A stretch of 63,940 nucleotides of DNA, counting the filler, from an uncultured bacterium (GTDB lineage: Bacteria > CAYJRR01), in NCBI GenBank assembly GCA_964372275.1. It is 6 parts of 6 records of this genome, joined end to end, with 100 filler letters (N's around TTAATTAATTAA, not from the genome) between each part and the next. Parts side by side here need not be neighbours in the genome. Positions count along the whole stretch, not along the records: positions 1 to 12,119 come from CAYJRR010000134.1; 5 more parts are not named here. The stretch is one strand, 5' to 3'. Below are positions 1 to 8,993 of this stretch, in pieces (the stretch's first letter is position 1; the number at the start of each line of letters is the position of its first letter). Both the position numbers and the translations under genes were made by a program. A model generated the notes under the pieces. The model had not been told where the DNA came from and ran no database searches. It worked only from the letters and a program-made list of their open reading frames with translations.

Positions 1-1109
1 TCCCCGGCGAACTCCCCCGCCTCCGCGGTCATCACCCCGCGGTCGTCGACCGGCGCCAGCACGTCGAGCCCGTAGCGCCGACCGAGATGGACGTCGTCGG
101 CGCCGTGTCCGGGGGCGATGTGCACGCATCCGGTTCCGGCCTCGAGCGTCACGAAGTCGGCGAGCATCACCTTCGAGGCGCGATCGACGAAGTGGTGACG
201 CGCCTCTTTCCCGTCGAGCGCGCGCGGGTCGACGGTGGCGACCACCGGCGTCTCCGGCGGGAGCCGCGCGTCCCGGAGGAAGGTCGGGAGCAACCCTTTG
301 GCCACGATCCATGCCTCGCCCGGATGCGAGGCCGGCTCGACCGCCACGTACTCGAGCTCGGGATGGAGCGCGATCCCCAGGTTGGCGGGGAGCGTCCACG
401 GGGTCGTCGTCCAGATGACGAGGAAGTTCCGCCGGCCGTCGACCGGGCCCTCCGGGAGCGCGAACGTCACCCAGACCGAGGGGCTGTCGTGCGGCTCGTA
501 CTCCACCTCCGCCTCGGCGAGCGCCGTGCGGTCGGACCAGCACCAATGGACCGGCTTCTTCCCCTTGTAGGCGCCGCCGTTGCCGAGGAAGCGCCCGAAC
601 TCGCGCGCGATGATCGCTTCGTACCCGGGGGCCATCGTCAGGTACGGCTCGTCCCACCGGCCGAAAACCCCCAGCCGGGTGAATTCGGCGCGCTGGACCT
701 CGACGAACCGCGCGGCCCAGGAGCGGCAGGCTTGCCGGAACTCCACCTTCGACATCGCCGCCTTCTTCGCGGGCCCGAGATCCTTGTCGACCTGGAGCTC
801 GATCGGCAGCCCGTGACAGTCCCATCCGGGGACGTAGTCGACCTTGTAGCCGGCCATCGTCTTGTACTTCACGACGATGTCCTTCAGGATCTTGTTGAGC
901 GTGTGCCCCTGATGGATGTGTCCGTTGGCATAGGGCGGCCCGTCGTGCAGCGAATAGACCGGCGCGTCCGCCCGCGCCTCGAGGATCCGCTCGAACAGCC
1001 GTTGCTCCGTCCAGCGCGCCAGGAAGCCGGGCTCCCGCTTCGGCAGGTCGGCCTTCATCGGGAAGTCGGTTCGCGGAAGCTGCAGCGTCGATTTGTGGTC
1101 GGCGGGCAT
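1..1109 (-). CDS. ileS: Isoleucyl-tRNA synthetase, N-terminal part (runs off the window start; not in the ORF track)
   Basis: My translation from ATG at 1109: MPADHKSTLQLPRTDFPMKADLPKREP...LHDGPPYANGHIHQGHTLNKILKD...PGWDCHGLPIE...IWTTTPWTLPAN...GTGCVHIAPGHGADD; IleRS signature and editing-domain motifs. Confidence 0.97.
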   Translation of the reverse strand, partial: MPADHKSTLQLPRTDFPMKADLPKREPGFLARWTEQRLFERILEARADAPVYSLHDGPPYANGHIHQGHTLNKILKDIVVKYKTMAGYKVDYVPGWDCHGLPIELQVDKDLGPAKKAAMSKVEFRQACRSWAARFVEVQRAEFTRLGVFGRWDEPYLTMAPGYEAIIAREFGRFLGNGGAYKGKKPVHWCWSDRTALAEAEVEYEPHDSPSVWVTFALPEGPVDGRRNFLVIWTTTPWTLPANLGIALHPELEYVAVEPASHPGEAWIVAKGLLPTFLRDARLPPETPVVATVDPRALDGKEARHHFVDRASKVMLADFVTLEAGTGCVHIAPGHGADDVHLGRRYGLDVLAPVDDRGVMTAEAGEFAG

Positions 1110-1175
1110 CGAGTCGTTCCGCCCTTCGGGCTCGTCCGGGCCCCCCGGACCCTGGCAGCTATATCAAAAAAAGGA

Positions 1176-3479
1176 TCACCACGGCGCGGTGACTTCCGCG
1201 AGAAGGGTCGTCGTCCGGGATCGAGCGCCGCCCGCCGAAACGCCGCGGCTCTCGGACCAACGCGCGATCGGACGCAACACCCAACCGGAACCGGAAGCCG
1301 GGCCGAACCTCCACGCGATCGAGCCCTCTGCTTCCGCCTGCCATGCGTGGCGGCCACGCGCATCGAGGAACGGCTGTGCCTCGATGCGCAGATCGATCCG
1401 GTCGAGAGTCGTGCGGCCGAGTTCCAGTCTCACGGCCGCAGAGGCCCGACTGCCCACCACCGGCACCGGCCGGCGCCATGCGCGCGAGGAGATGGCGCCC
1501 AGTCCCGCGCGCAGTCCGACGCGAAGGTGTGCCGACCGATCTTCGCTCGCCACGACGAACCGCTCCGGACCGGCGTCCGCCATCGCCGACCAGCGTAGTC
1601 CCCCTTCACGATCCCCTCCGCCTCCGAGGCCGAAACCCCATTCGGGATGGCGCAGATCGAGCAAGGTCCACCTGTGCGCGGCGATCACCGTGTCGCCGAA
1701 GCGCCCGGTCGCGACCGCGATCCTACCGGAGAGGCACGTCATACCGGTGTCGGCGCGAAAGCCGCGCTGCCGGTGTTCACCCAGTCGCTCGTCGAGAACG
1801 GCACCCTCGAATTCGGCGAGAAGCCTCGAGCTCGACGCCGTCTTTTCGGCCCCGAGCGCCGCCCGGACCGTATAGGCCCCGGAGTCGCCGATTGCCCGCC
1901 GACCGGGCACGCGGGCGGCCGGAACCGGAGGAAGCGCCGGCGTCGGTGGCGGTGGATACCGGTCCAGGAAGTCTCCATAGATCCCGGCGAGCTCGGCCAG
2001 CGGCGTGTCGACGGTGCCCGGCGCCACCGACGCCCGCCGGAGATAGCGCTCGACGTCGAGACTCTCCCGAAGATACGCCCCACGGGCGTCCGCCGTCGTA
2101 CCGGCCTCCTCGAGCTCCGCGATGGCGCGATAGGCCGCGAGGCGCCGCCCGACGTCCGGATCGCGCGCTCTCGCCAACACCGCGGCGAGCTTGGCGTGCA
2201 CGCGCGGATTGCGATCGGTGTTCCCGAGCAGGCCGGCGGCGATTCGCCTCCGTTCGGCCTCGGCTGCTTCGGCGCGGTCGGCGGCCCCCGCGTCGATCCG
2301 CTCGAACACGAGACCGGGTCCATCGTGCAGCAGGTCCAGGATGGCCGTCGGAAAGCGGATTCCCCGCGGCGATGCGAGATCGATCTCCGGAAGCAGCGGC
2401 GCGACCAGAATCTCGGCCAACAGTCCCGAGCAGTTGTCGCTGAAGAAGTAATAGGGCCACCCGGCGCTTCCCCGGTGGAGTTCCCAGAAGCGCTCGAGTA
2501 CGCGCTGGACGAGCTCCGCCGACAGGTCGAGGCGGAAAACCTTGAAGGAACGAGCCTCGAACTGCTCGTACCGCTCTCGTACGAGGTAGCGGTGCGTGAG
2601 GAACAGTCGAGCATCGACTCCCCCGGTGAGTCCGCGCCAGGCGAACCGGACGGAGCCGCTCCGACCGCGCTCGGCGGCGATGTGGAACACGGGCTGCAAG
2701 CCGGGCGGGGTTGGTCGATCGTCGCGATAGCGGATCCGCACCAGCAGGTGTCCCCACATCGAAATCGCCTGCTCGTGGGACGGTGAAGCAAGCAGCATCT
2801 CGAGCGCGTCGACTCGGTCGGGGCGCAGCTCGGACTCGAAGGTCGGACAGGTGGCGGACGCCAACGGCGGTCGGTGGCCCAATGCTCCGAACGCGTCTGC
2901 CAGGACGCGATAGCGAGACGGCTCGTCGCAGCGAGCCGGGGCGTCGGGTGCCGGGGTGTCGAGGAAGAACGATTCGGCGTAGGTCGCGAACTCCTCGGAG
3001 GGACTGAGCGTGGCGCGAGCCCGCAGCCACCGGGACAAGGGATTCTGCCGCGCGCGCGGCGGCCCGGCCGGCGCGGTGAGCACTCGGCGCCAACCGGCGA
3101 TCGATCGCCACCGCCGGGAGTCGGAGAGGCCGAGCCGATCGTCCCAGGCGTGGGCGACCAGGTGCGACACGGCACGGGCCGTGAGCGCCCTCCGTTCCGC
3201 CTCCGTCGCCGACGCGGGCGGATCGTAGAGATAGTTCTCGCCCCGCTCCCTATCTCGCTCCGGAAACGGCCCGAATCCCAGCCGATCGAGGCTGGCTCCG
3301 GGCCGCTTCACCAGAACGAGCCCCCCAGGCGGAATCGGCAGGCGTCCCGCGACCGACTCGATCACCGCACGCTCTTCGTCCGTCCACGGATTCGGCGCAT
3401 CGCGCAGCTCCAGCGCGAAGGTCGGCGCGGCGGCGAGGATCGCGGCGAGGAGTACCAATCGGCTACGGGATGTCGGCAA
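1176..3479 (-). CDS. DUF4105 (Lnb N-terminal-like) domain protein; signal peptide, zincin-like N-terminal region, probable beta-rich C-terminus
   Basis: Signal-like N-terminus; LLASPS..ISMWGHLLVRI and YYFFSDNCS motifs typical of DUF4105; C-terminal Trp. Confidence 0.75.
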   Translation of the reverse strand: MPTSRSRLVLLAAILAAAPTFALELRDAPNPWTDEERAVIESVAGRLPIPPGGLVLVKRPGASLDRLGFGPFPERDRERGENYLYDPPASATEAERRALTARAVSHLVAHAWDDRLGLSDSRRWRSIAGWRRVLTAPAGPPRARQNPLSRWLRARATLSPSEEFATYAESFFLDTPAPDAPARCDEPSRYRVLADAFGALGHRPPLASATCPTFESELRPDRVDALEMLLASPSHEQAISMWGHLLVRIRYRDDRPTPPGLQPVFHIAAERGRSGSVRFAWRGLTGGVDARLFLTHRYLVRERYEQFEARSFKVFRLDLSAELVQRVLERFWELHRGSAGWPYYFFSDNCSGLLAEILVAPLLPEIDLASPRGIRFPTAILDLLHDGPGLVFERIDAGAADRAEAAEAERRRIAAGLLGNTDRNPRVHAKLAAVLARARDPDVGRRLAAYRAIAELEEAGTTADARGAYLRESLDVERYLRRASVAPGTVDTPLAELAGIYGDFLDRYPPPPTPALPPVPAARVPGRRAIGDSGAYTVRAALGAEKTASSSRLLAEFEGAVLDERLGEHRQRGFRADTGMTCLSGRIAVATGRFGDTVIAAHRWTLLDLRHPEWGFGLGGGGDREGGLRWSAMADAGPERFVVASEDRSAHLRVGLRAGLGAISSRAWRRPVPVVGSRASAAVRLELGRTTLDRIDLRIEAQPFLDARGRHAWQAEAEGSIAWRFGPASGSGWVLRPIARWSESRGVSAGGARSRTTTLLAEVTAPW

Positions 3480-4062
3480 CGCCGAGCAGCGTGTGCCATC
3501 GGTCGAAATCGGCGGCGAGGCGGTCGTCCTCGCGCATCACCTCGCCGACCCGCCGGAGAAAGGCTCGCACCCGCTGCGCGTCGCCGACCGTCCGGTCGTC
3601 GAGAACGTCGATCAGTTCGGCCCTCCGGTGACGAAGCGCAGCGCCGAACGCGGCGCGTCGCGGCGGCTCCAGCAGGTAGGCGGCGGCGACGTCGTCGATC
3701 GTCGGTCCGAACCCTCGGGCGAGATCGATCCTCAGCTGGGTCTCGTTCTCGCGCAGATAGGACGCCGCCTTCCGGTCGTCGTCGGTCATCGCTTTCGCGG
3801 GTGCCTTTTTCGGGCGGAGCCATGCGTAGTACACGACGACCGCGAGGACGACGACCAGACCGGCGATTCCCCAGCCCGAGAGTTCGTCCTTCTTCTCCTC
3901 GTCGTCCTCCTCCGGAGCCGGCGTCGGGCTGCTGCTCGCGCTCGGCTCCGAGCTGCTACTGCTGAATTCGGTCGTCGACTCGAAGCTCCCCGCACCGGAG
4001 ATCGACGAGGCGCACAGTGTGGAGACCACCAGCAGACCTGCGATCCAGCCCTTGGATCCCAT
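3463..4062 (-). CDS. DUF3015-like exported/membrane protein
   Basis: ATG at 4062 after GGAGGA; signal peptide, internal hydrophobic segment, then YLRENETQLRIDLARGFGPTIDDVA...AAFGAALRHRRAEL resembling DUF3015; overlaps the start of the DUF4105 gene. Confidence 0.6.
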   Translation of the reverse strand: MGSKGWIAGLLVVSTLCASSISGAGSFESTTEFSSSSSEPSASSSPTPAPEEDDEEKKDELSGWGIAGLVVVLAVVVYYAWLRPKKAPAKAMTDDDRKAASYLRENETQLRIDLARGFGPTIDDVAAAYLLEPPRRAAFGAALRHRRAELIDVLDDRTVGDAQRVRAFLRRVGEVMREDDRLAADFDRWHTLLGVADIP

Positions 4063-4161
4063 CGTTCCTCCCCTCGCATGGGGATCGTAGCGCAACGCCG
4101 TGGCATCTCCCGCATCGAGACCCAAGAAACGATCGGCGGCCGATGGCCGTCGGAGGTCACG

Positions 4162-4905
4162 ATGCGCGCCCGGGCGACGCCGTACCGACTGCCGATCCTC
4201 CTGCTGCTGGCGTTCGACCCGGCCCGGCTCCGGACGGATCCGGGCCGCCCCGATCCGGACCGGGGCGACCCGACGGCCGCTGTGCGCGTCGAGCTACGGC
4301 CCGGCGCCCGGGCCTCGTTCCGCGCGCGGAGCACGACGGGGGCCTTCTCGGGGACGACCCGCGATCTCCGGATGCGGGACGACGGGACGCGGCTCGTCTT
4401 CACCGCGAAGGTCGCCGACGTCGACACCGGCATCCGGCTGCGCAACCGCCACCTGCGGGAGCGGTACGTCGACGCGCGCCGTCACCCCCAGGTCGAGCTC
4501 GTCGTATCACGCGAGGCGATCCGCCTTCCCGAAGCCGGGCGGCCCGCCGAGGGTACGGCGACGGGCACCTTTCGCCTGCGCGGCGTGGCACGCGAGGTGA
4601 CGATCCGCTACCGGCTGACGCCGATCCCGGAGGGCTACCGCGTGCGGGCGAGCTTCCGCTTCGACGTGCGCGACTTCGGGATCCGCACGCCGCGCTTCCT
4701 GATCGCGCGCGTCGATCCGCGGATGCGCGCCGACGCGACCTTCGAGGTCACTCTGGATCGATCCGCTCGGAACGGAGGCGAATCCCCTGATGGGACGACT
4801 CCACCCGGCCCCACCCTTCGTAACGGCGTCCCGCGGCGATGTACGGCTCGCGTGGAGTGGCCAACCGTTCGTCCTCGTAGTGCACCCGGAACGACGGCCC
4901 GGTGA
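4162..4905 (+). CDS. YceI-family protein
   Basis: ATG at 4162 after GGAGG; VDTGIRLRNRHLRERY..HPQ, TGTFRLRGVAREV and FDVRDFGI are YceI motifs. Confidence 0.85.
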   Translation: MRARATPYRLPILLLLAFDPARLRTDPGRPDPDRGDPTAAVRVELRPGARASFRARSTTGAFSGTTRDLRMRDDGTRLVFTAKVADVDTGIRLRNRHLRERYVDARRHPQVELVVSREAIRLPEAGRPAEGTATGTFRLRGVAREVTIRYRLTPIPEGYRVRASFRFDVRDFGIRTPRFLIARVDPRMRADATFEVTLDRSARNGGESPDGTTPPGPTLRNGVPRRCTARVEWPTVRPRSAPGTTAR

Positions 4906-5950
4906 AGTCGGCGGAGGCAAAGAACTCGTACTCCACCTCCAGTCGGTTCACCTTCTTTCCGTCCGACCGAGTGCGATTGTGCCGGCGCGCGCCCACCCGT
5001 TTCGGGTAGCCGGTGACGATCAGGCGATGGCCCCGGAACCGGTCGGGTTCGGCGTCGATCGCCCGCGCGAGCGCGTCGGCGGGGACCCTCGGCGTGCGCG
5101 GATAGAGCGCCCGCATCGCGGCGTGGAGCTCGGGGATGCCCATCCGCTCCCCGTCCTCGAGACTCGCCTTCACGTCGAGCAGGAACTGATCCCGCTCGGA
5201 CGCCGGGACGGTGAACGTCGCGAACCGGTCGAGCGCACGACGAGAAATCCCGGTGCGGATGGAGGTCGGCTCGATCCGCAGAACCTCCCGCAGGAACGCC
5301 CGCACCTCTTCGGCCATGCGTCGTTCCTCCGCGGAGGTGAAGAGCGACCGCCCGACGTCCCGGGGATCGAACAGCTCGGGAAACTCGGCCCGCAGGCGGG
5401 TGCCGACCTCCGACTCGAGCAGGCTCGGGCCGAGCGCGGTCGACACCGAGGACCGCTGCGCCGGCGACAACCGCCGCATCCCCTCCAGAAACGACTCGAC
5501 GCCGGCCGACGCGACTTCGACGTGCGTGAGCGAGAAGTCGCCGCGTCCGCGGATCCAGAACGGAAGGATCGTCGGCTCGCCGACGTCGAAACGGGAGACG
5601 AGCCCGAACACCTCCGGGTCGAGCTCCTGCCACAGTGCCCCGAGCGCGCCGCCGCGAAGCAGATCTCGCGCGAAATCGCGGTCTCCATCGCCCAGGTCGA
5701 GGTAGGACGCCGCAAGCGCGGACGGGCCGCCCGCTGCGCGGACCTCCCCTTCGTCGATCTCCCGGTTGTCCCGCCGCCACGGGGTGTACCAGTCTCCGCC
5801 GTTGTCGAACCGCGATCGGAACGAATCGACCTGCGCCAGCGCCTCGGCAAGTCCGCGGATCGCCGGCTCCTCGTCGCCCGGACACGCGGCGCGCGCCAGC
5901 GCCGGCAGAAGGCCGGCGACGACGAGGGCCCCGATCGACACGCGCACCAT
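4748..5950 (-). CDS. Hypothetical secreted protein (400 aa)
   Basis: GGAGGGAG RBS; signal peptide ending ARA; protein-like composition. Confidence 0.7.
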   Translation of the reverse strand: MVRVSIGALVVAGLLPALARAACPGDEEPAIRGLAEALAQVDSFRSRFDNGGDWYTPWRRDNREIDEGEVRAAGGPSALAASYLDLGDGDRDFARDLLRGGALGALWQELDPEVFGLVSRFDVGEPTILPFWIRGRGDFSLTHVEVASAGVESFLEGMRRLSPAQRSSVSTALGPSLLESEVGTRLRAEFPELFDPRDVGRSLFTSAEERRMAEEVRAFLREVLRIEPTSIRTGISRRALDRFATFTVPASERDQFLLDVKASLEDGERMGIPELHAAMRALYPRTPRVPADALARAIDAEPDRFRGHRLIVTGYPKRVGARRHNRTRSDGKKVNRLEVEYEFFASADFTGPSFRVHYEDERLATPREPYIAAGRRYEGWGRVESSHQGIRLRSERIDPE

Positions 5951-5976
5951 GACTCCCTCCCGGTGCGGATCGGGAG

Positions 5977-5992
5977 AGCAGCCGTCGTGCCG
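5977..5992 (-). promoter_or_regulatory. Putative sigma-54 (-24/-12) promoter
   Basis: CGGCACGACGGCTGCT on the minus strand (GG-N10-GC, GGCACG core), 26 nt upstream of ATG 5950. Confidence 0.6.
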
Positions 5993-6103
5993 GAAACAAA
6001 ATCGCCGCCCCTACGCACGGATCGCGATGTCGCGGGGCACGCCGGGCACCCCGCCCACCACCGAAACTACCGGGCGCCTGGCGACTCCAGGTCCCTGCCC
6101 GTC

Positions 6104-6742
6104 TTACGTCCGGAGCAGCTTGTAAGCATGGTTCCAGGTGCCGGTGCGCACGCCGTAGGCGACCCACAGGATGCACATCGGCTCGAGCAGGCGCGAGGCC
6201 TCGATCCCGCCGGCATCGACCGTCCCCCAACCGAACGACTGCAGGATCTCCCGCACGGCCGCCTTCGCGCCGTCGTCGTTGCCGCAGATGAACATGTCGG
6301 GCGGCCCGCCGGGGAAGTGCGGATCGACCATGTGCATGTTGCCGACGGTGTTGAACGCCTTGACCACCTTCGACGACGGCAGCCAGCGCTGCACCTGCTC
6401 CCCGCCCGAATCGGTATGGCCGAGGGCGAGCGACGGCAGCGCCCCCGGCTTGAAGATCAGCGGATTGGTGCAGTCGATCACGACCTTTCCCGCGAGTCGC
6501 TCGCGCCCGGCGAGTCCGAGCGCGTTCTCGGTGCCGGTCCACAAGGTGGCCAGGACCGCGATCTCGCCGAACGCCGCCGTCTCGGCGAACGTCCAGGCGG
6601 AGGCGCGCGGACCGCTCTCCTTCACCCAGCCGGCGACCTTCGAGGGCTCGCGCGAGCCGAGCTTCACGTCGTGCCCACGCGCGACGAACCCCCGGCCCAA
6701 CGCCTTCGCCACGTCCCCGGTCCCCAGAATTCCGATCTTCAT
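6104..6742 (-). CDS. NADP oxidoreductase, F420-dependent NADP reductase-like family
   Basis: MKIGILGTGDVAKALG Rossmann motif; KVVIDCTNPL, SGGEQVQ, KVVKAFNT, ASRLLEP. Confidence 0.9.
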   Translation of the reverse strand: MKIGILGTGDVAKALGRGFVARGHDVKLGSREPSKVAGWVKESGPRASAWTFAETAAFGEIAVLATLWTGTENALGLAGRERLAGKVVIDCTNPLIFKPGALPSLALGHTDSGGEQVQRWLPSSKVVKAFNTVGNMHMVDPHFPGGPPDMFICGNDDGAKAAVREILQSFGWGTVDAGGIEASRLLEPMCILWVAYGVRTGTWNHAYKLLRT

Positions 6743-6885
6743 GGCGGAAAAGACCACCACGCCCCGCCCGGCAGGTCAACGACGGCCGGCGAAACCCTTC
6801 GATTCTACATGCGCTTTTTCCACGCCGTGCACGGGCGCGGGGACCGGCCTTACAATGAAGCTCTTCCGACGCCGACGGGGGGCGC

Positions 6886-7668
6886 ATGAGCGGTCGGTGG
6901 ATCTCGCGAGGAGCGTTGCTGGCGGCGAGTTGGGCGCTCGCCGGCGGCGCCGTGCCGACGCGCTCGACCTCTCCACCGTCGTGGGTGGCACCGATCAACG
7001 GCTCCTGCATGACCGACTGGTTCCACCACCGCGACGCGCCGGTCGGAGGCGCGACCAGCACCCACCGCGCGATCGATGCCCGCGCCCCCTGCGGAACGCC
7101 GGTCGTCGCGGTCGCCCCGGGGCGCGTGGTGCGGGTCGGACGCAACATGGCCAAGGGTTACTCCGGCTACGGCTACGTGATCTGGATCGACCACGGCAAC
7201 GGACACGTCTCCCGCTACAACCACCTCACCGAGGACTCGGCCAAGGTCGCCGAAGGGGCCACGGTCCGGGCCGGTCAGACGATCGGACTGTCCGGCGCGT
7301 CGGGTCTCAATGGAATGGCCTGCCATCTCGACTTCCAGGTGTTCCGTGACGGAGCGCCGATCGATCCCGAGCCGCTGGTGAAGATGAAGTTCTGCGATCG
7401 GAAGGGTCCGACCCGGGTCGCCACCTCGGACCTGAAGATGGGCCACGATCCCGCCGCGGTGGCCGCCCGGATCGCGGAGCTGAACCGGGCCTACGGCCCA
7501 CGAGGTCTCTGCGCGAGTCTCTATGGCGACTGGGTGGAGCTGAAACGCGCCGCGGGAAGGACCGATTGTGGCTCGAATGCGCCGCTGAACGCTTCGACGA
7601 CGCCGGTCCGGTCGATGGTGGTGCACCGCCCGTCCGAGGGGGCGGGGATCAGCCGGGGAGGAGACTGA
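6886..7668 (+). CDS. M23-family metallopeptidase
   Basis: Signal peptide; HRAID (HxxxD), GTPVVAVAPGRV, GYGYVIWIDHGNG..SRYNHL, CHLDFQV. Confidence 0.9.
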   Translation: MSGRWISRGALLAASWALAGGAVPTRSTSPPSWVAPINGSCMTDWFHHRDAPVGGATSTHRAIDARAPCGTPVVAVAPGRVVRVGRNMAKGYSGYGYVIWIDHGNGHVSRYNHLTEDSAKVAEGATVRAGQTIGLSGASGLNGMACHLDFQVFRDGAPIDPEPLVKMKFCDRKGPTRVATSDLKMGHDPAAVAARIAELNRAYGPRGLCASLYGDWVELKRAAGRTDCGSNAPLNASTTPVRSMVVHRPSEGAGISRGGD

Positions 7669-8945
7669 TTCGGTTGTCGCCGTTCGGCGGATCCCTGCTC
7701 GCGATCGTCGTCCTCGGAGCGCCGGCGGCCGGTCCTCCTCCCCCGGTCGCCCTCCAGACCCATGCCGGCGGCGCGTGGCGGCTCGTGCTCACCGACGCGG
7801 AGCGATCCGAGCTCGACGCCGTCGTCGACGTCCGCGCCGACCGCGCACTGGTTCTCGTCGCGCGGCGGTCGGCCGACTTCCGATCGCTGGCCTGGAGCGG
7901 CGCGGTGTTCGTCGACCGCGAAGGAACGACCCGCGCCGAAGCTCGCCTGCCCGCCCATCGACCGGTCGCTGCGGCGGTCGCCCCCGGAGGGGAGCGGGCG
8001 CTCCTGCAGGCGGTTCCGTTCCCGGCACGGAAGGGAGGGCACGCGCTCTTCCTCACCGAGGCCTCGGGTGCGCGCGCGCTCGCGATCCCGGCCGATCTCG
8101 AACGGGAGGTGGTGCTCGGAGGCGCGTGGCTGGTACAGGCCGATCGAGCTCCGTTCGCGCCGCCCCCGTCGGCCGCCGATTCGAAGGCGTCACCTCGCGC
8201 GGAGCCCGCCGACGTCGTGCTCCTGGATCGGTCCGACCGCGCGCCGCAGCGACCGGAGATCCGGGGCGCGGTCGCCCCGTGGGGGAACGGACTGGTCGCC
8301 CTTCACGGCGGCCGGCTGACCGCGTACGGGGCGTCGCTCGAACCGCTGGGATCGATCGAGACGTCGATCACGGTCGGCCGACCGGTCGGGGACCTTTCCG
8401 GACGGCTGGTGGCGATCGCCGACACGCACGCCGCGGATGAACGGCGGGAGCGCGCCGTGCCGCTGTTCGGTGGCGGGACGAAACCGACCGGAACGTTCAC
8501 CGTCCGCGCGGCCTACGGCGTCGAGTTGGCGGTCGCGCCGGACGGCGGCGCGGTACTCGCCGCCCCGGCAGCGCTCTCCGCCGGTCCCTCGCACATCACG
8601 TTCGAGACCGGACCGTCGGTCGAGCTGACGCTCGCCTCGCCGGGCGGTTCGGTTCGCTGGCGGCGCGAGATCGGGCGCCTCCACGAGCGCGAGTACCTGG
8701 CCGGTCTGTCGCTCGCCGACGGCGGACGGCGTTCGGCCGTCCTGCTGCGCGGGGAGACCGACGAGGGTCCCGGGCGCATCGTCGTCCTCGACGAGCGCGG
8801 AGGCCGCGTGCACGAGGAGACGCGCCCGGCGAGCCGGATCTGGCTCGCGCCGGCCGGAGACGCCCTGTGGGTGCTGGAGACGACGGCGCTGTCGCGAATC
8901 CCGCTGCCGGCCGCCGAGCCGCCGGCCGCGCCCCCCGGCCGTTGA
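7566..8945 (+). CDS. Hypothetical exported protein, possibly beta-propeller; true start probably near 7665
   Basis: Hydrophobic segment LLAIVVLG just after the M23 stop; repeated AVAPGG/AVAPDG/LAPAGD blade-like motifs. Confidence 0.55.
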   Translation: MWLECAAERFDDAGPVDGGAPPVRGGGDQPGRRLIRLSPFGGSLLAIVVLGAPAAGPPPPVALQTHAGGAWRLVLTDAERSELDAVVDVRADRALVLVARRSADFRSLAWSGAVFVDREGTTRAEARLPAHRPVAAAVAPGGERALLQAVPFPARKGGHALFLTEASGARALAIPADLEREVVLGGAWLVQADRAPFAPPPSAADSKASPRAEPADVVLLDRSDRAPQRPEIRGAVAPWGNGLVALHGGRLTAYGASLEPLGSIETSITVGRPVGDLSGRLVAIADTHAADERRERAVPLFGGGTKPTGTFTVRAAYGVELAVAPDGGAVLAAPAALSAGPSHITFETGPSVELTLASPGGSVRWRREIGRLHEREYLAGLSLADGGRRSAVLLRGETDEGPGRIVVLDERGGRVHEETRPASRIWLAPAGDALWVLETTALSRIPLPAAEPPAAPPGR

Positions 8946-8993
8946 CGGTCGATGCCGCTCGGCCGCGCCCGGCCGTCGGCGGACGGAGCTCGC

